Shown here: positions 18,477 through 27,698 of the stretch, one piece after another | Layout of the letters: each line of letters starts with the position of its first letter | Numbering within the stretch: position 1 is the stretch's first letter | Source of the DNA: a virus | Virus record (IMG/VR): IMGVR_UViG_3300045988_046749 | Reading direction: 5' to 3' (one strand) | DNA length: 46,325 bases | Position numbers and translations under genes: made by a program | The notes under the pieces: generated by a model | What the model was told of the DNA's origin: nothing | The model's database searches: none | Seen by the model: the letters and a program-made list of their open reading frames with translations, nothing else

Positions 18477-18503
18477 TCTTTTTTCTTTTTGGAGGGAAAA
18501 AGA

Positions 18504-18659
18504 ATGAAATCACCCAGACAGAACAGAAAGGATATCGTAGTCAGTGCGATTATCGGGATCCTGCTTACTTTTCTTCCGTTGTGGATGTGGGAGAAGAGCT
18601 TGCAGCAGATCCTGGCAGGCATTGTATTTGCACTGTTTACGTATTTAGCACTGCTTTAA
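18504..18659 (+). CDS. Small two-TM membrane protein (51 aa)
   Basis: GGAGGG SD; VVSAIIGILLTFLPLW and ILAGIVFALFTYLALL. Confidence 0.45.
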   Translation: MKSPRQNRKDIVVSAIIGILLTFLPLWMWEKSLQQILAGIVFALFTYLALL

Positions 18660-18674
18660 GAAAGGAGAATGGAA

Positions 18675-19046
18675 ATGTTTGAAAAAGAAATCAAAGAGCT
18701 TTTTGAATTAGCGTGGAGGGTTTCAAACGAAACAGATTATTTTGTTTCGTTCGATATTGCTTCGCATGTGCATGCTTGCGATATCAACATTATGAATTCA
18801 AAGTGGGATTCGTGTAAGAAAATGGATGGCAATTATATAATCTATTTTGATAGTAAATTGCTTAAAGAGGAATCGGCTGAGCAGTGTAAGCTTGCAAAAG
18901 CACATCTTCTTAGGCTCTTAATAGATGGGAGGTGTCCGTTAAATGCTGAATCAGATGGAGTTGAAGCTCCTGCCGACAATGGAACTGATCACAACGGTGA
19001 ACGAGCTTCTGGGGGAGCTGAACAGACGGAAAGCATACATTCTTGA
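18675..19046 (+). CDS. Hypothetical protein
   Basis: AAGGAG 7 nt before ATG 18675; 3' 104 nt overlap the next ORF. Confidence 0.5.
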   Translation: MFEKEIKELFELAWRVSNETDYFVSFDIASHVHACDINIMNSKWDSCKKMDGNYIIYFDSKLLKEESAEQCKLAKAHLLRLLIDGRCPLNAESDGVEAPADNGTDHNGERASGGAEQTESIHS

Positions 19047-19179
19047 TTGGGAAAATCCGGATATGTATCTGAACCATCTTGAGTACCATTGCGCCGGCGG
19101 AACATTTTCGAATGGCAAAAAAAATCTGGTGAGAGGGGATGGTTCTGACAATGTGTATTGCTTTTTTAAGGCGGTGTAA
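18943..19179 (+). CDS. Hypothetical protein
   Basis: GGGAGGTG SD upstream of ATG 18943. Confidence 0.5.
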   Translation: MLNQMELKLLPTMELITTVNELLGELNRRKAYILDWENPDMYLNHLEYHCAGGTFSNGKKNLVRGDGSDNVYCFFKAV

Positions 19180-19181
19180 AC

Positions 19182-19355
19182 ATGGAAGAACGCATTAATG
19201 AAATTGTTAGATTGATTGATACTCAGCTTGCTATTGTGCCGGATAATCCGATAGAGGAATCATACAAGTCAAGGATATTGGCGAGCTACGTACAAGCCTT
19301 AAATGGGCTTTTAACGGCTCAGAAATCATATAAGGAGGAAAGTATCAGTGAGTGA
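19182..19355 (+). CDS. Hypothetical small protein (57 aa)
   Basis: Tightly packed ORF not in the 60-aa track; MEERINEIVRLIDTQL... Confidence 0.4.
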   Translation: MEERINEIVRLIDTQLAIVPDNPIEESYKSRILASYVQALNGLLTAQKSYKEESISE

Positions 19356-19548
19356 ATTTGAAATCCGTATTCCGGCAAGGAAGAAGCAGCCTGCAACCGA
19401 TAAGGATAACCCTGTCGTGAAAGTATCGCCGGAAGCATACAACGCACTGGTTGAGATTTATAACGAATCAACCATATCAATGAAGGATATCGCAAGTTTG
19501 CTGATTGTTGAAGGAAGTAAGCATGTGGTTTATGACAAGGAGGAATAA
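19348..19548 (+). CDS. Hypothetical protein (possible ribbon-helix-helix)
   Basis: 66-aa ORF, GTG start overlapping the upstream stop. Confidence 0.5.
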   Translation: MSEFEIRIPARKKQPATDKDNPVVKVSPEAYNALVEIYNESTISMKDIASLLIVEGSKHVVYDKEE

Positions 19549-19550
19549 CT

Positions 19551-20201
19551 ATGGCGACACCCGTATTAATTATTGGAAAATCTGGTTCTGGCAAAAGTAC
19601 CAGTCTTAGAAACTGCCAGAATGAGCACTGGAATCTTATTAGAGTATTGAATAAACCGCTTCCATTTAAAGGAAAGATTGATGGATGGTTTACAGATGAT
19701 TACCAGCAGGTAATGAAGTGCCTGATCGCATCAAAAGCGGAGTCAATTGTAATTGATGATGCAGGTTATCTTATCACAAACCACTTTATGCGTGGACACG
19801 CTTCTGCCGGAAAAGGCAATGCGGTATTCGCTCTGTACAATGATATTGGAGACTATTTTTGGAATCTTATCCAGTTTATTGTCACGAAAGTGTCTCAGGA
19901 CAAGATTGTGTACATGATGATGCACGAAGAAAAGGACGATTCCGGAGATGTGAAGCCAAAAACCATTGGAAAGCTACTTGACGAAAAGATTTGTTTAGAA
20001 GGTCTTTTTACGATTGTTCTCCGCTGCATTGAAGAGAGTGGAAAACACTTATTTGTCACCCAGTCCAGCCAGGGAGCAGTAAGTAAGTCCCCGATTGGAA
20101 TGTTTGACAGTTTGACTATTGATAACGACCTTGCAGAAGTTGACAAGGTTATAAGAAATTATTATGAATTAGGAGGAACAGACAATGCAGAAACCAAATA
20201 A
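19551..20201 (+). CDS. Sak4-like / AAA_24 RecA-fold ATPase (recombination)
   Basis: Walker A GKSGSGKST at the N-terminus, Walker B IVIDDAG; paired with a DUF669-type SSB as in Sak4 modules. Confidence 0.8.
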   Translation: MATPVLIIGKSGSGKSTSLRNCQNEHWNLIRVLNKPLPFKGKIDGWFTDDYQQVMKCLIASKAESIVIDDAGYLITNHFMRGHASAGKGNAVFALYNDIGDYFWNLIQFIVTKVSQDKIVYMMMHEEKDDSGDVKPKTIGKLLDEKICLEGLFTIVLRCIEESGKHLFVTQSSQGAVSKSPIGMFDSLTIDNDLAEVDKVIRNYYELGGTDNAETK

Positions 20202-20796
20202 TTACGATACTACAAAGACAGCAGGAGAATTTGAACCGATTGTGCTCGGCGGTCACAAGATGGTTATCAAGCAGGTATCAGAAAAGAAATCACAGGGTGG
20301 GCTTAATATGCTTGTTATCTTGTTTGATTTCGCAGAAGGAGACGAACAGGCATGGTACTTTATGAAGCAGTTTGAGAACGATATCCGTCCAGACAAGAAG
20401 TATCCGAATGCCGGTACTAACTATATGGTTATTGACGAGAGTGTAGATTATGGTGTCCGTAACCTTAAAACATTTATCACATGCGTAGAAAAGTCAAATC
20501 CGGGTTTTGCTGTTAAGTGGGGTGACAACTTCGGACAGCAGTTTAAAGGTAAGCTAATCGGCGGTATCTTCCGTCTGGAGAAAGACTGGTACGAAAACAA
20601 AGAAGTAAAACGTCACAAGCTTGCATGGTTCCGTAGTATTGAGGGAATTAAGGATGCAGATATCCCAGAAGAGCGCACCACAAAAGCCTATGATGATCAT
20701 CTGAAAGAAGAAGCTATCATGGGAGCGAATCCGGCAGGTACGGACTTTATGAGTATTCCAGATAGCGTAGCAGATGATGTCCTTCCGTTCAATTAA
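20185..20796 (+). CDS. DUF669-type phage ssDNA-binding protein
   Basis: 203 aa; acidic C-terminal tip DDVLPFN resembles the SSB DDDIPF tail; position after the Sak4-like gene. Confidence 0.75.
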   Translation: MQKPNNYDTTKTAGEFEPIVLGGHKMVIKQVSEKKSQGGLNMLVILFDFAEGDEQAWYFMKQFENDIRPDKKYPNAGTNYMVIDESVDYGVRNLKTFITCVEKSNPGFAVKWGDNFGQQFKGKLIGGIFRLEKDWYENKEVKRHKLAWFRSIEGIKDADIPEERTTKAYDDHLKEEAIMGANPAGTDFMSIPDSVADDVLPFN

Positions 20797-20811
20797 TATA
20801 GAGGTGAGTTA

Positions 20812-21432
20812 ATGGGATATACACATGGAATACCATGGAACGACGATCTTATCAAAGAAAATATCATGATAGTTGTTGAGAAATTGAATTTAGATCATTT
20901 TCCAACTCATTCCGAAATGATAGAAGTTTTTGGAAACAAAAGCCTTGCTTGCAAGATTGCAAAGCATAAAGGGACTGTATATTGGGCTGAAAAACTTGGA
21001 CTGCCTCTTAAATATTCTGATACAACTTTTGGAAACAAATATGAAATAAAAGCAATTTCAGATATTTACGAGAATGTCGGATTGAATAGTGTTCAAACAA
21101 GCTCAAGGCATCCTTATGATTTGCTTACTGATAACAGTGTAAAAATAGACGTAAAAGTATCTAAGGAATTTACAAACAATTGTAATTCAAAGGCATTTAC
21201 ATTCAACCTCGAAAAGAAAAATCCGACTTGCGACATCTTCCTTTTATATTGTTTGAATGATGATGAAACATATCGGAAGGTATTAATAATTCCTTCCTGT
21301 TCAACCATCGGAAAAACGCAAATAGGAGTAGGAGAGAATAGTAAGTGGAATCGTTACGAAAATCGTTGGGAGATTATAAAACAGTATAGTGAATTCTTTG
21401 GAAAATACAAATACAAGAAGGATGTGATCTGA
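20812..21432 (+). CDS. PD-(D/E)xK-type nuclease with homing-endonuclease-like N-terminal repeat
   Basis: PYDLL...VKIDVKVSK motif; N-terminus HFPTHSEMIEVFGNKSLACKIAKHKGTVYWAEKLGL; locally AT-rich. Confidence 0.55.
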   Translation: MGYTHGIPWNDDLIKENIMIVVEKLNLDHFPTHSEMIEVFGNKSLACKIAKHKGTVYWAEKLGLPLKYSDTTFGNKYEIKAISDIYENVGLNSVQTSSRHPYDLLTDNSVKIDVKVSKEFTNNCNSKAFTFNLEKKNPTCDIFLLYCLNDDETYRKVLIIPSCSTIGKTQIGVGENSKWNRYENRWEIIKQYSEFFGKYKYKKDVI

Positions 21433-21930
21433 TTGGTCATACAATGTGATACACGTGAACATAAAAACGAATGGGAACGGATTCAAAAGCAGTTTGAAAA
21501 CCTCGGAGTACAATATTTCCGGTCAAAGTTATACTGTGGAGATTATCAGTCTTTAGACAATGCAAAGCTCTGTATTGACCGTAAAAAGGATTTACAAGAG
21601 CTTTGTGGAAATGTCTGCCAACAGCATGAAAGATTCAAAGCAGAGCTTATCAGAGCGCGTGAAGCAGGTATTCAGTTGATTATCCTGTGTGAACATGGTG
21701 AAGATATCAAATCAATTGTTGATGTGTATTTTTGGGAGAATCCAAGAAAACACAAAGCTATCTGGAAGACAGTAAACGGCAAAAAGGTTAAGACTGTAAT
21801 ATCGGACAAGGCTGTTGATGGTTGCCAGTTGTACAAATCTCTTTGCACGATCAGAGATAAATACGGCGTCCGATTTGAATTCTGTACAAAAGAAGAGACT
21901 GGACGGCGAATAGTGGAGTTGTTGTCATGA
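21433..21930 (+). CDS. ERCC4/XPF-type nuclease (likely junction resolvase)
   Basis: CDTREH, GDY and IDRKKDLQEL match the ERCC4 D.RE / GDY / ERK..D signature. Confidence 0.65.
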   Translation: MVIQCDTREHKNEWERIQKQFENLGVQYFRSKLYCGDYQSLDNAKLCIDRKKDLQELCGNVCQQHERFKAELIRAREAGIQLIILCEHGEDIKSIVDVYFWENPRKHKAIWKTVNGKKVKTVISDKAVDGCQLYKSLCTIRDKYGVRFEFCTKEETGRRIVELLS

Positions 21931-22424
21931 CAAAAGATGAAATCAAGCAATCAGTGAAAATGCCTGAGATTCTTTCTAGATATGGGCTTAAGCCAAATAG
22001 AGCCGGTTTTATATGTTGCCCTTTTCACAAGGAAAAGTCAGCGTCATGTAAGATCTACGATAATTCCTTTTATTGTTTCGGCTGCGGAATCGGCGGTGAT
22101 GTGTTTGATTTCGTGATGCAATACGAATCCGTCCCTTTTAGCACTGCATTTATTGAGCTGGGCGGTACTTATGTATCAAAAAAAGGTAAAAGCCGCAACC
22201 AGATTAGACACGAAGTGCGAGATATCAAATCAAAAAAATATAATCCCGCTCAGGATCCTAATGAACTTGAACAGGTAGAAAAGAACATACTTATGTACGA
22301 AACAGCGCTAAAAACCTTCCCTCCTGGTTCAGAAGAGTGGTATATGTGCCAGTTCAACCTTGAAAAAGAAAGAAGCAGATATGAAATATTGTCAGCTAAG
22401 GCAGGAGGTGAGAAGCATTCTTGA
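21927..22424 (+). CDS. DnaG-type primase zinc-finger (CHC2) protein
   Basis: CCPFHKEKSASCKIYDNSFYCFGCGIGGDVFDFV. Confidence 0.8.
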   Translation: MTKDEIKQSVKMPEILSRYGLKPNRAGFICCPFHKEKSASCKIYDNSFYCFGCGIGGDVFDFVMQYESVPFSTAFIELGGTYVSKKGKSRNQIRHEVRDIKSKKYNPAQDPNELEQVEKNILMYETALKTFPPGSEEWYMCQFNLEKERSRYEILSAKAGGEKHS

Positions 22425-24339
22425 AAATATTGAAAATTTGCAAGCGAATGATTTTATGCAGAAGCAACTGTATGAAGAACTTTTTTCAATAAAAAGTAAA
22501 ATCGACCGTTCGGAAGCTAAATTTAAGTTAATTGACAGGGCGAAGAGTGTAAGGGCAAAAAGCATAGCCGAGGAATTCATAAAAGAATTCCAGAAAGCAG
22601 AACAGGACAAGGAAAAAGAAGAAAAAGCAAATCGTTCTATGCAGTTAGTTGAAAATATCACAAACTTTTATGGGGATGATATTGGAAAAGAATATCCAAA
22701 CATGGCTTGTGGCAGCTGGATAGCTACAGAAAACGGAATATTTTCTTCTGAAACATCCAAGGCGAGAGAACTTGTATGCCACCATCCAATCATGCCGATA
22801 CGTCGACTGAAAAATATTGAAACAGGCGAAGAACAGATCACAGTGGCTTTTAAAAGAGATGGATGCTGGACAGAAATAACTGTTCCAAAAATCGACATTG
22901 TGACTTCCAGGGCGATAACTAATCTTGCAAGGTTCGGTGTGCAGGTCAACTCGGAGAATGCAAGGCTTCTTGTGAAGTATCTGGCGGACGTTGAAATGTA
23001 CAATGCCGATATGATCGACATACAGCACTCTACGAGCAAGTTGGGGTGGCATGGCAATGTATTTGTACCTTACGACCTTTCAATCGTCTTTGACGGCGAA
23101 TACCGCTTTAAAACACTATTCCAGAGTATACAGGAAAGTGGAGACTACTTCAAGTGGGTGACTCTGGCTAAACAGTTACGGTCGTGCGGACGATTAGAAC
23201 CACGAATAGCACTGGCGGCATCTTTTGCAAGTGTGCTTGTACAACCGCTTGATGCATTGCCGTTCATCGTAGACTTCTATGGACAGACAGGCGGCGGCAA
23301 GACAGTAACGATCAACATAGCTGCATCTATCTGGGGAAACCCGTCGCCAGGATCCTACGTTGGGAATTTCCGGTCAACAGATACGTCATTGGAGACAAGA
23401 GCAGACATGCTTAATAACTTTCCGATGATCCTCGATGACTCTAAGAACGCTTCTCAATATATTCGGGACAACTACGAAACATTGATTTACAATCTCTGTT
23501 CCGGTAAAGGGAAAGGAAGATCAAATAAGGACCTCGGAGCAGCTAAGGAGAATACATGGAGTAATGTAACCATTTGCAACGGCGAGAATCCTATTTCAGA
23601 ATTTGCAGATTCCGGTGGAGCAATCAACAGAATTGTTGAAATTGAGTGTTGCGAGGATATTTACGAGAATCCGGCAGAGATTAACAGCACTGTAATGAAA
23701 AATTATGGTTTTGCTGGAAGAGTATTTGTTGGAAATCTTAAAAAATTTACACCGGATGAGTTAAAAGAAATGAAGTCTGAGATTGAAAAGGGCTTTGATG
23801 GATATAATTTTCCGGCAAAACAGGTCATGGCTATATCCACGCTCCTACTGGCTGACAAATTAGCTACAGATTTCATATTTAAGGATGGACGTGAGCTGAC
23901 AGTCGAGGATGTTGTGGACATACCTACACGCAAGAAAGACGTATCGGAAGGACAGAGATGCTATGAATTTATCATCGAAAGTCTTTCTGTGTACGGGCAG
24001 CACTTTGATGCGCAATTCAGTTGCGATCAGTGGGGATTTAAGGAAACACTAGATGAGTATGGAGATGTATATGTATATTTTTATCCGAAACCTCTTGAAA
24101 ATCTCCTAAAGAACAACGGATTCTCCAGAAAAGCCTTTTCAGCATGGGCGATTAATCGAGAATTAATTAAGCATACGGGAAAAAGGGATACGGTAATAAA
24201 AAGAGATGGGGGAAGTGTAATGAGACTTGTTGCTGTAAAGATTATTGATATAAAAGATCTTGAAGACGAACAGGAAAATGAGCATGTTGAAGCTGATTTT
24301 ATACCTGCCAATACTGGAACAAGTGTTCCGTTTTCATGA
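22381..24339 (+). CDS. DUF927-type primase-associated replicative helicase (P-loop)
   Basis: Walker A GQTGGGKT, Walker B MILDDSKN; start uncertain (TTG 22360 or ATG 22381). Confidence 0.75.
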   Translation: MKYCQLRQEVRSILENIENLQANDFMQKQLYEELFSIKSKIDRSEAKFKLIDRAKSVRAKSIAEEFIKEFQKAEQDKEKEEKANRSMQLVENITNFYGDDIGKEYPNMACGSWIATENGIFSSETSKARELVCHHPIMPIRRLKNIETGEEQITVAFKRDGCWTEITVPKIDIVTSRAITNLARFGVQVNSENARLLVKYLADVEMYNADMIDIQHSTSKLGWHGNVFVPYDLSIVFDGEYRFKTLFQSIQESGDYFKWVTLAKQLRSCGRLEPRIALAASFASVLVQPLDALPFIVDFYGQTGGGKTVTINIAASIWGNPSPGSYVGNFRSTDTSLETRADMLNNFPMILDDSKNASQYIRDNYETLIYNLCSGKGKGRSNKDLGAAKENTWSNVTICNGENPISEFADSGGAINRIVEIECCEDIYENPAEINSTVMKNYGFAGRVFVGNLKKFTPDELKEMKSEIEKGFDGYNFPAKQVMAISTLLLADKLATDFIFKDGRELTVEDVVDIPTRKKDVSEGQRCYEFIIESLSVYGQHFDAQFSCDQWGFKETLDEYGDVYVYFYPKPLENLLKNNGFSRKAFSAWAINRELIKHTGKRDTVIKRDGGSVMRLVAVKIIDIKDLEDEQENEHVEADFIPANTGTSVPFS

Positions 24340-24341
24340 TT

Positions 24342-24641
24342 TGTAACCATGTAACCATGTAACCCGCGGAAAAGCATGTGTATAGGGAATAAAAAAATAT
24401 ATAAAAAAAGCATATATACATTGCAATCTCCTATAGGAAAACCTTGGTTACATTGGTTACACGGTTACACAACTCTGAAACCCGCATAAAATAAGGGTTT
24501 GCGGTGTAACCAAGGTGGTTGAAAAGTTGGTTACACATTGGTTACAAAAATAAAATGATTACACAAATTAAAAAATAAAATTAAATTGCATGAAAATTCA
24601 GATTGTTACAATTGGTTACTAAGGCATAAGGAGTGGTTACA
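24342..24641. repeat. Iteron array with central AT-rich tract: candidate replication origin
   Basis: TGTAACCA at 24342, 24350, 24505 (variant at 24358); TGGTTACA at 24445, 24454, 24528, 24539, 24634 plus 5 one-mismatch variants; A/T tract 24391-24420. Confidence 0.8.
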
Positions 24642-24644
24642 AAA

Positions 24645-26045
24645 ATGGAAAAAGAGAAGCTTAATAAAAAACAGCGGTACGCATTGGACACAATGTTGTC
24701 TGGCAGTAATGTTTTCCTTACAGGAGATGCAGGAACAGGTAAAACAACGGTTATCCAAACGTTTATTGATGAGGCGGAAAAAGCTGGTAAAAGTGTTCTG
24801 GTATCTGCTACTACCGGAATAGCTGCGGACAATATCGGATATGGAGCGACTACCGTACACAGAGCATTAAATATCTCAATCAAATTTGAGGATTACAAGA
24901 AAAAAGTGAAATCCAGAGTTGAACTGTTGAAGGAAGCGGATATTCTTATTATTGACGAGATCAGCATGTGCCGGTTCGATCTGTTCAATATGATTGCGAA
25001 GACGATCATCACGGAAAATGAAGAAAGAGCTGTTGGAAGGCTTTTGAGCGGAGAGGATAAAGAAGACGTTCAACTGATCGTAATCGGGGATTTCTACCAG
25101 CTTCCACCAGTTATTACGACAGATGATCGTAAAATCCTCTGCCGGATGTATGGATCTGATTACGGAAAGGGTGGAAAGTACGAACACGGATATGCTTTCA
25201 TGTCTGAATACTGGAAAGAAATGGGGTTTGAATATATCAAGCTTGATGAAGTATGCAGGCAGAATGATGAGGGGTTTAAGTATGTGCTGAATGATATTAA
25301 ATATGGCAACAATATTAGAAAATCCATTGCATATCTGGAAAATAACGAATCGGACAAGGTTATACCGGAAGCACCGTTCTTGGTTGGCACTAATGCAGAA
25401 GCTGATCGGATTAATAATACTTTTCTCGGAAAACTGGATGAAAAGACCGAAAAAGTGTTTCATGCAGCAGTTGACGGAGAATTAACGTCTGCTGATATTA
25501 AGAATATTGCATTTGCCAGAGAGAACTTAATTCTTAACATCGGTGCAAAAGTGATGATTACAGTCAATGATCTGTCTGGAAACTACGTCAATGGAACGAT
25601 TGGCATTATTCAGAAAATTGTGGACAACGGAGAATTTGAAGAATCCTATCTGGTTATCAAGACTGATAAGGGCAAAACAGTTAACTTGTACAGATACAGT
25701 AAAGACATTGAGAAACAGGTTATTGAGGAATCTGAACAAGAAAAGGATGGTCAGAAGATCGTGAAAGAGAAGATTGTCCGTAAGAAAGTTGGATCATTCT
25801 CTCAGTTCCCGGTAAAACTTGCCTGGGCAATCAGTATTCATAAATCACAGGGACAGACATTTGAAAAGATTAATATTGATCCTTGTTGTTGGGATCCTGG
25901 ACAGTTCTATGTAGCTGTTTCCCGGGCGAAATCCGCTAATGGCATACATTTTATCAGACCGATAAAACAGAGCTATATAAAGGCGTTTAGCAAGGATAAC
26001 GAGAGACTTCTTGAACAGAGTTTTGAGGTAGAAGAAGGTGTATAA
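24645..26045 (+). CDS. Pif1/RecD-like SF1 DNA helicase
   Basis: GDAGTGKTT Walker A, IIIDEISM Walker B, SIHKSQGQTF and YVAVSRAK C-terminal motifs. Confidence 0.9.
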   Translation: MEKEKLNKKQRYALDTMLSGSNVFLTGDAGTGKTTVIQTFIDEAEKAGKSVLVSATTGIAADNIGYGATTVHRALNISIKFEDYKKKVKSRVELLKEADILIIDEISMCRFDLFNMIAKTIITENEERAVGRLLSGEDKEDVQLIVIGDFYQLPPVITTDDRKILCRMYGSDYGKGGKYEHGYAFMSEYWKEMGFEYIKLDEVCRQNDEGFKYVLNDIKYGNNIRKSIAYLENNESDKVIPEAPFLVGTNAEADRINNTFLGKLDEKTEKVFHAAVDGELTSADIKNIAFARENLILNIGAKVMITVNDLSGNYVNGTIGIIQKIVDNGEFEESYLVIKTDKGKTVNLYRYSKDIEKQVIEESEQEKDGQKIVKEKIVRKKVGSFSQFPVKLAWAISIHKSQGQTFEKINIDPCCWDPGQFYVAVSRAKSANGIHFIRPIKQSYIKAFSKDNERLLEQSFEVEEGV

Positions 26046-26047
26046 GT

Positions 26048-26317
26048 ATGAGAGTGACGCATGAGCAGATACCGAACACCATAAAGTTTTTACAAATCGA
26101 CTTTCCGGCGCTGGTCCTTCAGACTGCCGGAATAGAAGAAAGGGACGAATACTGGCAGCAGGTAGTTGAGCAGATACACGTTGTATCAAACAAATATAAT
26201 AAAAACGGCTTTGTGGATCACATGCTTACAGCCTATGCGGATTATCTAGACAAGATGCATAAGAAAGCTAAAAATCTGAGCAAGGAGAAAACCAATGAAC
26301 AAAATGAAGGAGTATGA
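26048..26317 (+). CDS. Hypothetical protein
   Basis: 89-aa ORF with SD. Confidence 0.5.
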   Translation: MRVTHEQIPNTIKFLQIDFPALVLQTAGIEERDEYWQQVVEQIHVVSNKYNKNGFVDHMLTAYADYLDKMHKKAKNLSKEKTNEQNEGV

Positions 26318-26678
26318 GCGAGGAAGAGAGGATGGTCTTGATTTGGCGCTCAGAATCGTTAGAGATGGCGGTATAGAAGCGCTTGAGAGGGAAATAAAAT
26401 TCCGGGGCATTACAGGAGTGCATACCTCTTTAGCTAGTAAGGACCTGGATAAAGCAGCGCAGAAGATTAAAGAAATGACACTTGATACATTTACAATCCT
26501 TGGAATTGCCGTTTTGCATGATGATTTCGGATTTGGACAGAAACGCTGTCAGAAATTCATGGACGGCATGGACAGGGGAGCTGATTATCTGATGGATGAT
26601 ATGGCAACCTGGGAAGATTATAGAAGATCAATCAAAGAGGAACTGAATCTTGATTTGAGATTCCGTATTAACGATTAA
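26295..26678 (+). CDS. Hypothetical protein
   Basis: 127-aa ORF with AAGGAG SD. Confidence 0.55.
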   Translation: MNKMKEYERGREDGLDLALRIVRDGGIEALEREIKFRGITGVHTSLASKDLDKAAQKIKEMTLDTFTILGIAVLHDDFGFGQKRCQKFMDGMDRGADYLMDDMATWEDYRRSIKEELNLDLRFRIND

Positions 26679-26692
26679 GTGAGGTGTTATTG

Positions 26693-26953
26693 ATGGGAAA
26701 ATACAATACAGAGTGCAAACACAAAGAGGGACAGGAGATGTATAAAGCGGTATATCACTTTATCCTGAAATATTACCGTAAGCACCACTATATGCCGTCC
26801 ACAAGAAATATTGCGGATGGATTAGACATTTCAATGGCTACTGCCAGAAAACACTTTAATTTGCTCTTAGACAACGGATTGCTTGTTAGTGAGGATCCGA
26901 CAGAGCAGAGGGCGTATAGATTGAGTTATTCAAAGGTGGAAAATGGTGCGTAA
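26693..26953 (+). CDS. Winged-helix DNA-binding protein (LexA N-terminal-domain-like)
   Basis: GAGGTG SD before ATG 26693; YMPSTRNIADGLDISMATARKHFNLLLDNGLL. Confidence 0.55.
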   Translation: MGKYNTECKHKEGQEMYKAVYHFILKYYRKHHYMPSTRNIADGLDISMATARKHFNLLLDNGLLVSEDPTEQRAYRLSYSKVENGA

Positions 26954-26986
26954 AGGAATTGGTTAGAAGATTTGGAGCGTGATGTT

Positions 26987-27356
26987 ATGAAAGTATGTTG
27001 GTTTTCAACAGGAATAAGCAGTTTTGTAGCGTGTTATCTAGCAAAGGATGTTGATGAGATTATTTATACTCACGTGTCGAATCAGCATCCCGACAGTCTA
27101 AGATTCTTACATGATTGCGAGAAGCTGTTGGGAAGAAAGATAACGATAATTCAGTCAGAGCAATATTCCAGTGTGGATGATGTGATCGAAAAAACCAGAT
27201 GTATCAACACTCCATTCGGGGCACCTTGTACAGATAAATTAAAGAAAAGGGTTCGCATGAAATGGGAGCGTGAACACCCAGACCATCACATCTATGTATG
27301 GGGATATGACCTGAACGAAAAGAATCGCGCAGACAGAGTATGCGAAAACGAGCGCT
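26987..27356 (+). pseudogene. Truncated PP-loop (PAPS-reductase-like) ATPase fragment
   Basis: N-terminus KVCWFSTGISSFVACYLA (SGGxDS-like loop); protein-like sequence is lost near 27340, where the +1 frame becomes the credible one. Confidence 0.45.
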
Positions 27357-27698
27357 TTGGACGAACACGCAGAGGAAATCAAGCAACTCCTGAAAGAGGG
27401 AAAATCAAGAAATGTGATTGCCGAGAAATACAATGTAAGACCACAGACTGTAAATTACTGGATCAAAAAGCGAAAAATAATCACTTCAGACCAGCAAGCC
27501 CCCCCAACTCCCGGAAAGAAAAAGTGCCCCACCTGCATATTCAGGCAGACAGACAAGAACCTTGGAAATTGTGCTTACATTGAGGTAATGGGACATACCA
27601 GAGGGTGCAGCGCAACAGAGTGCGATAAGTATGTGAAAGGCAAGCCGTTGAAGAAAAGAAAAGATTCAGGGACTAAGGCGGTGAATGAAGATGCTTGA
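27357..27698 (+). CDS. HTH plus Cys-cluster DNA-binding protein
   Basis: SRNVIAEKYNVRPQTVNYWIKKR HTH; CPTC...C...C...C cluster; frame open from 27315. Confidence 0.6.
   Translation: MDEHAEEIKQLLKEGKSRNVIAEKYNVRPQTVNYWIKKRKIITSDQQAPPTPGKKKCPTCIFRQTDKNLGNCAYIEVMGHTRGCSATECDKYVKGKPLKKRKDSGTKAVNEDA

Noticed and set aside
18943-19046. 104-nt overlap of ORFs 18675..19046 and 18943..19179 as a frameshift site
   Set aside because: The second ORF has its own strong SD and ATG. The tail of the first ORF may simply be non-functional read-on. This cannot be resolved without homologues or read data.
24342-24641. Possible CRISPR array, considered because of the many short repeats
   Set aside because: The repeats are only 8 bp, occur in both orientations, and have irregular 8-90 bp spacing. 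There is no leader or cas context. The pattern fits replication iterons. The track ORFs 24581..24883 (-), 24586..24822 (+) and 24606..24860 (-) across this region are likewise discounted.
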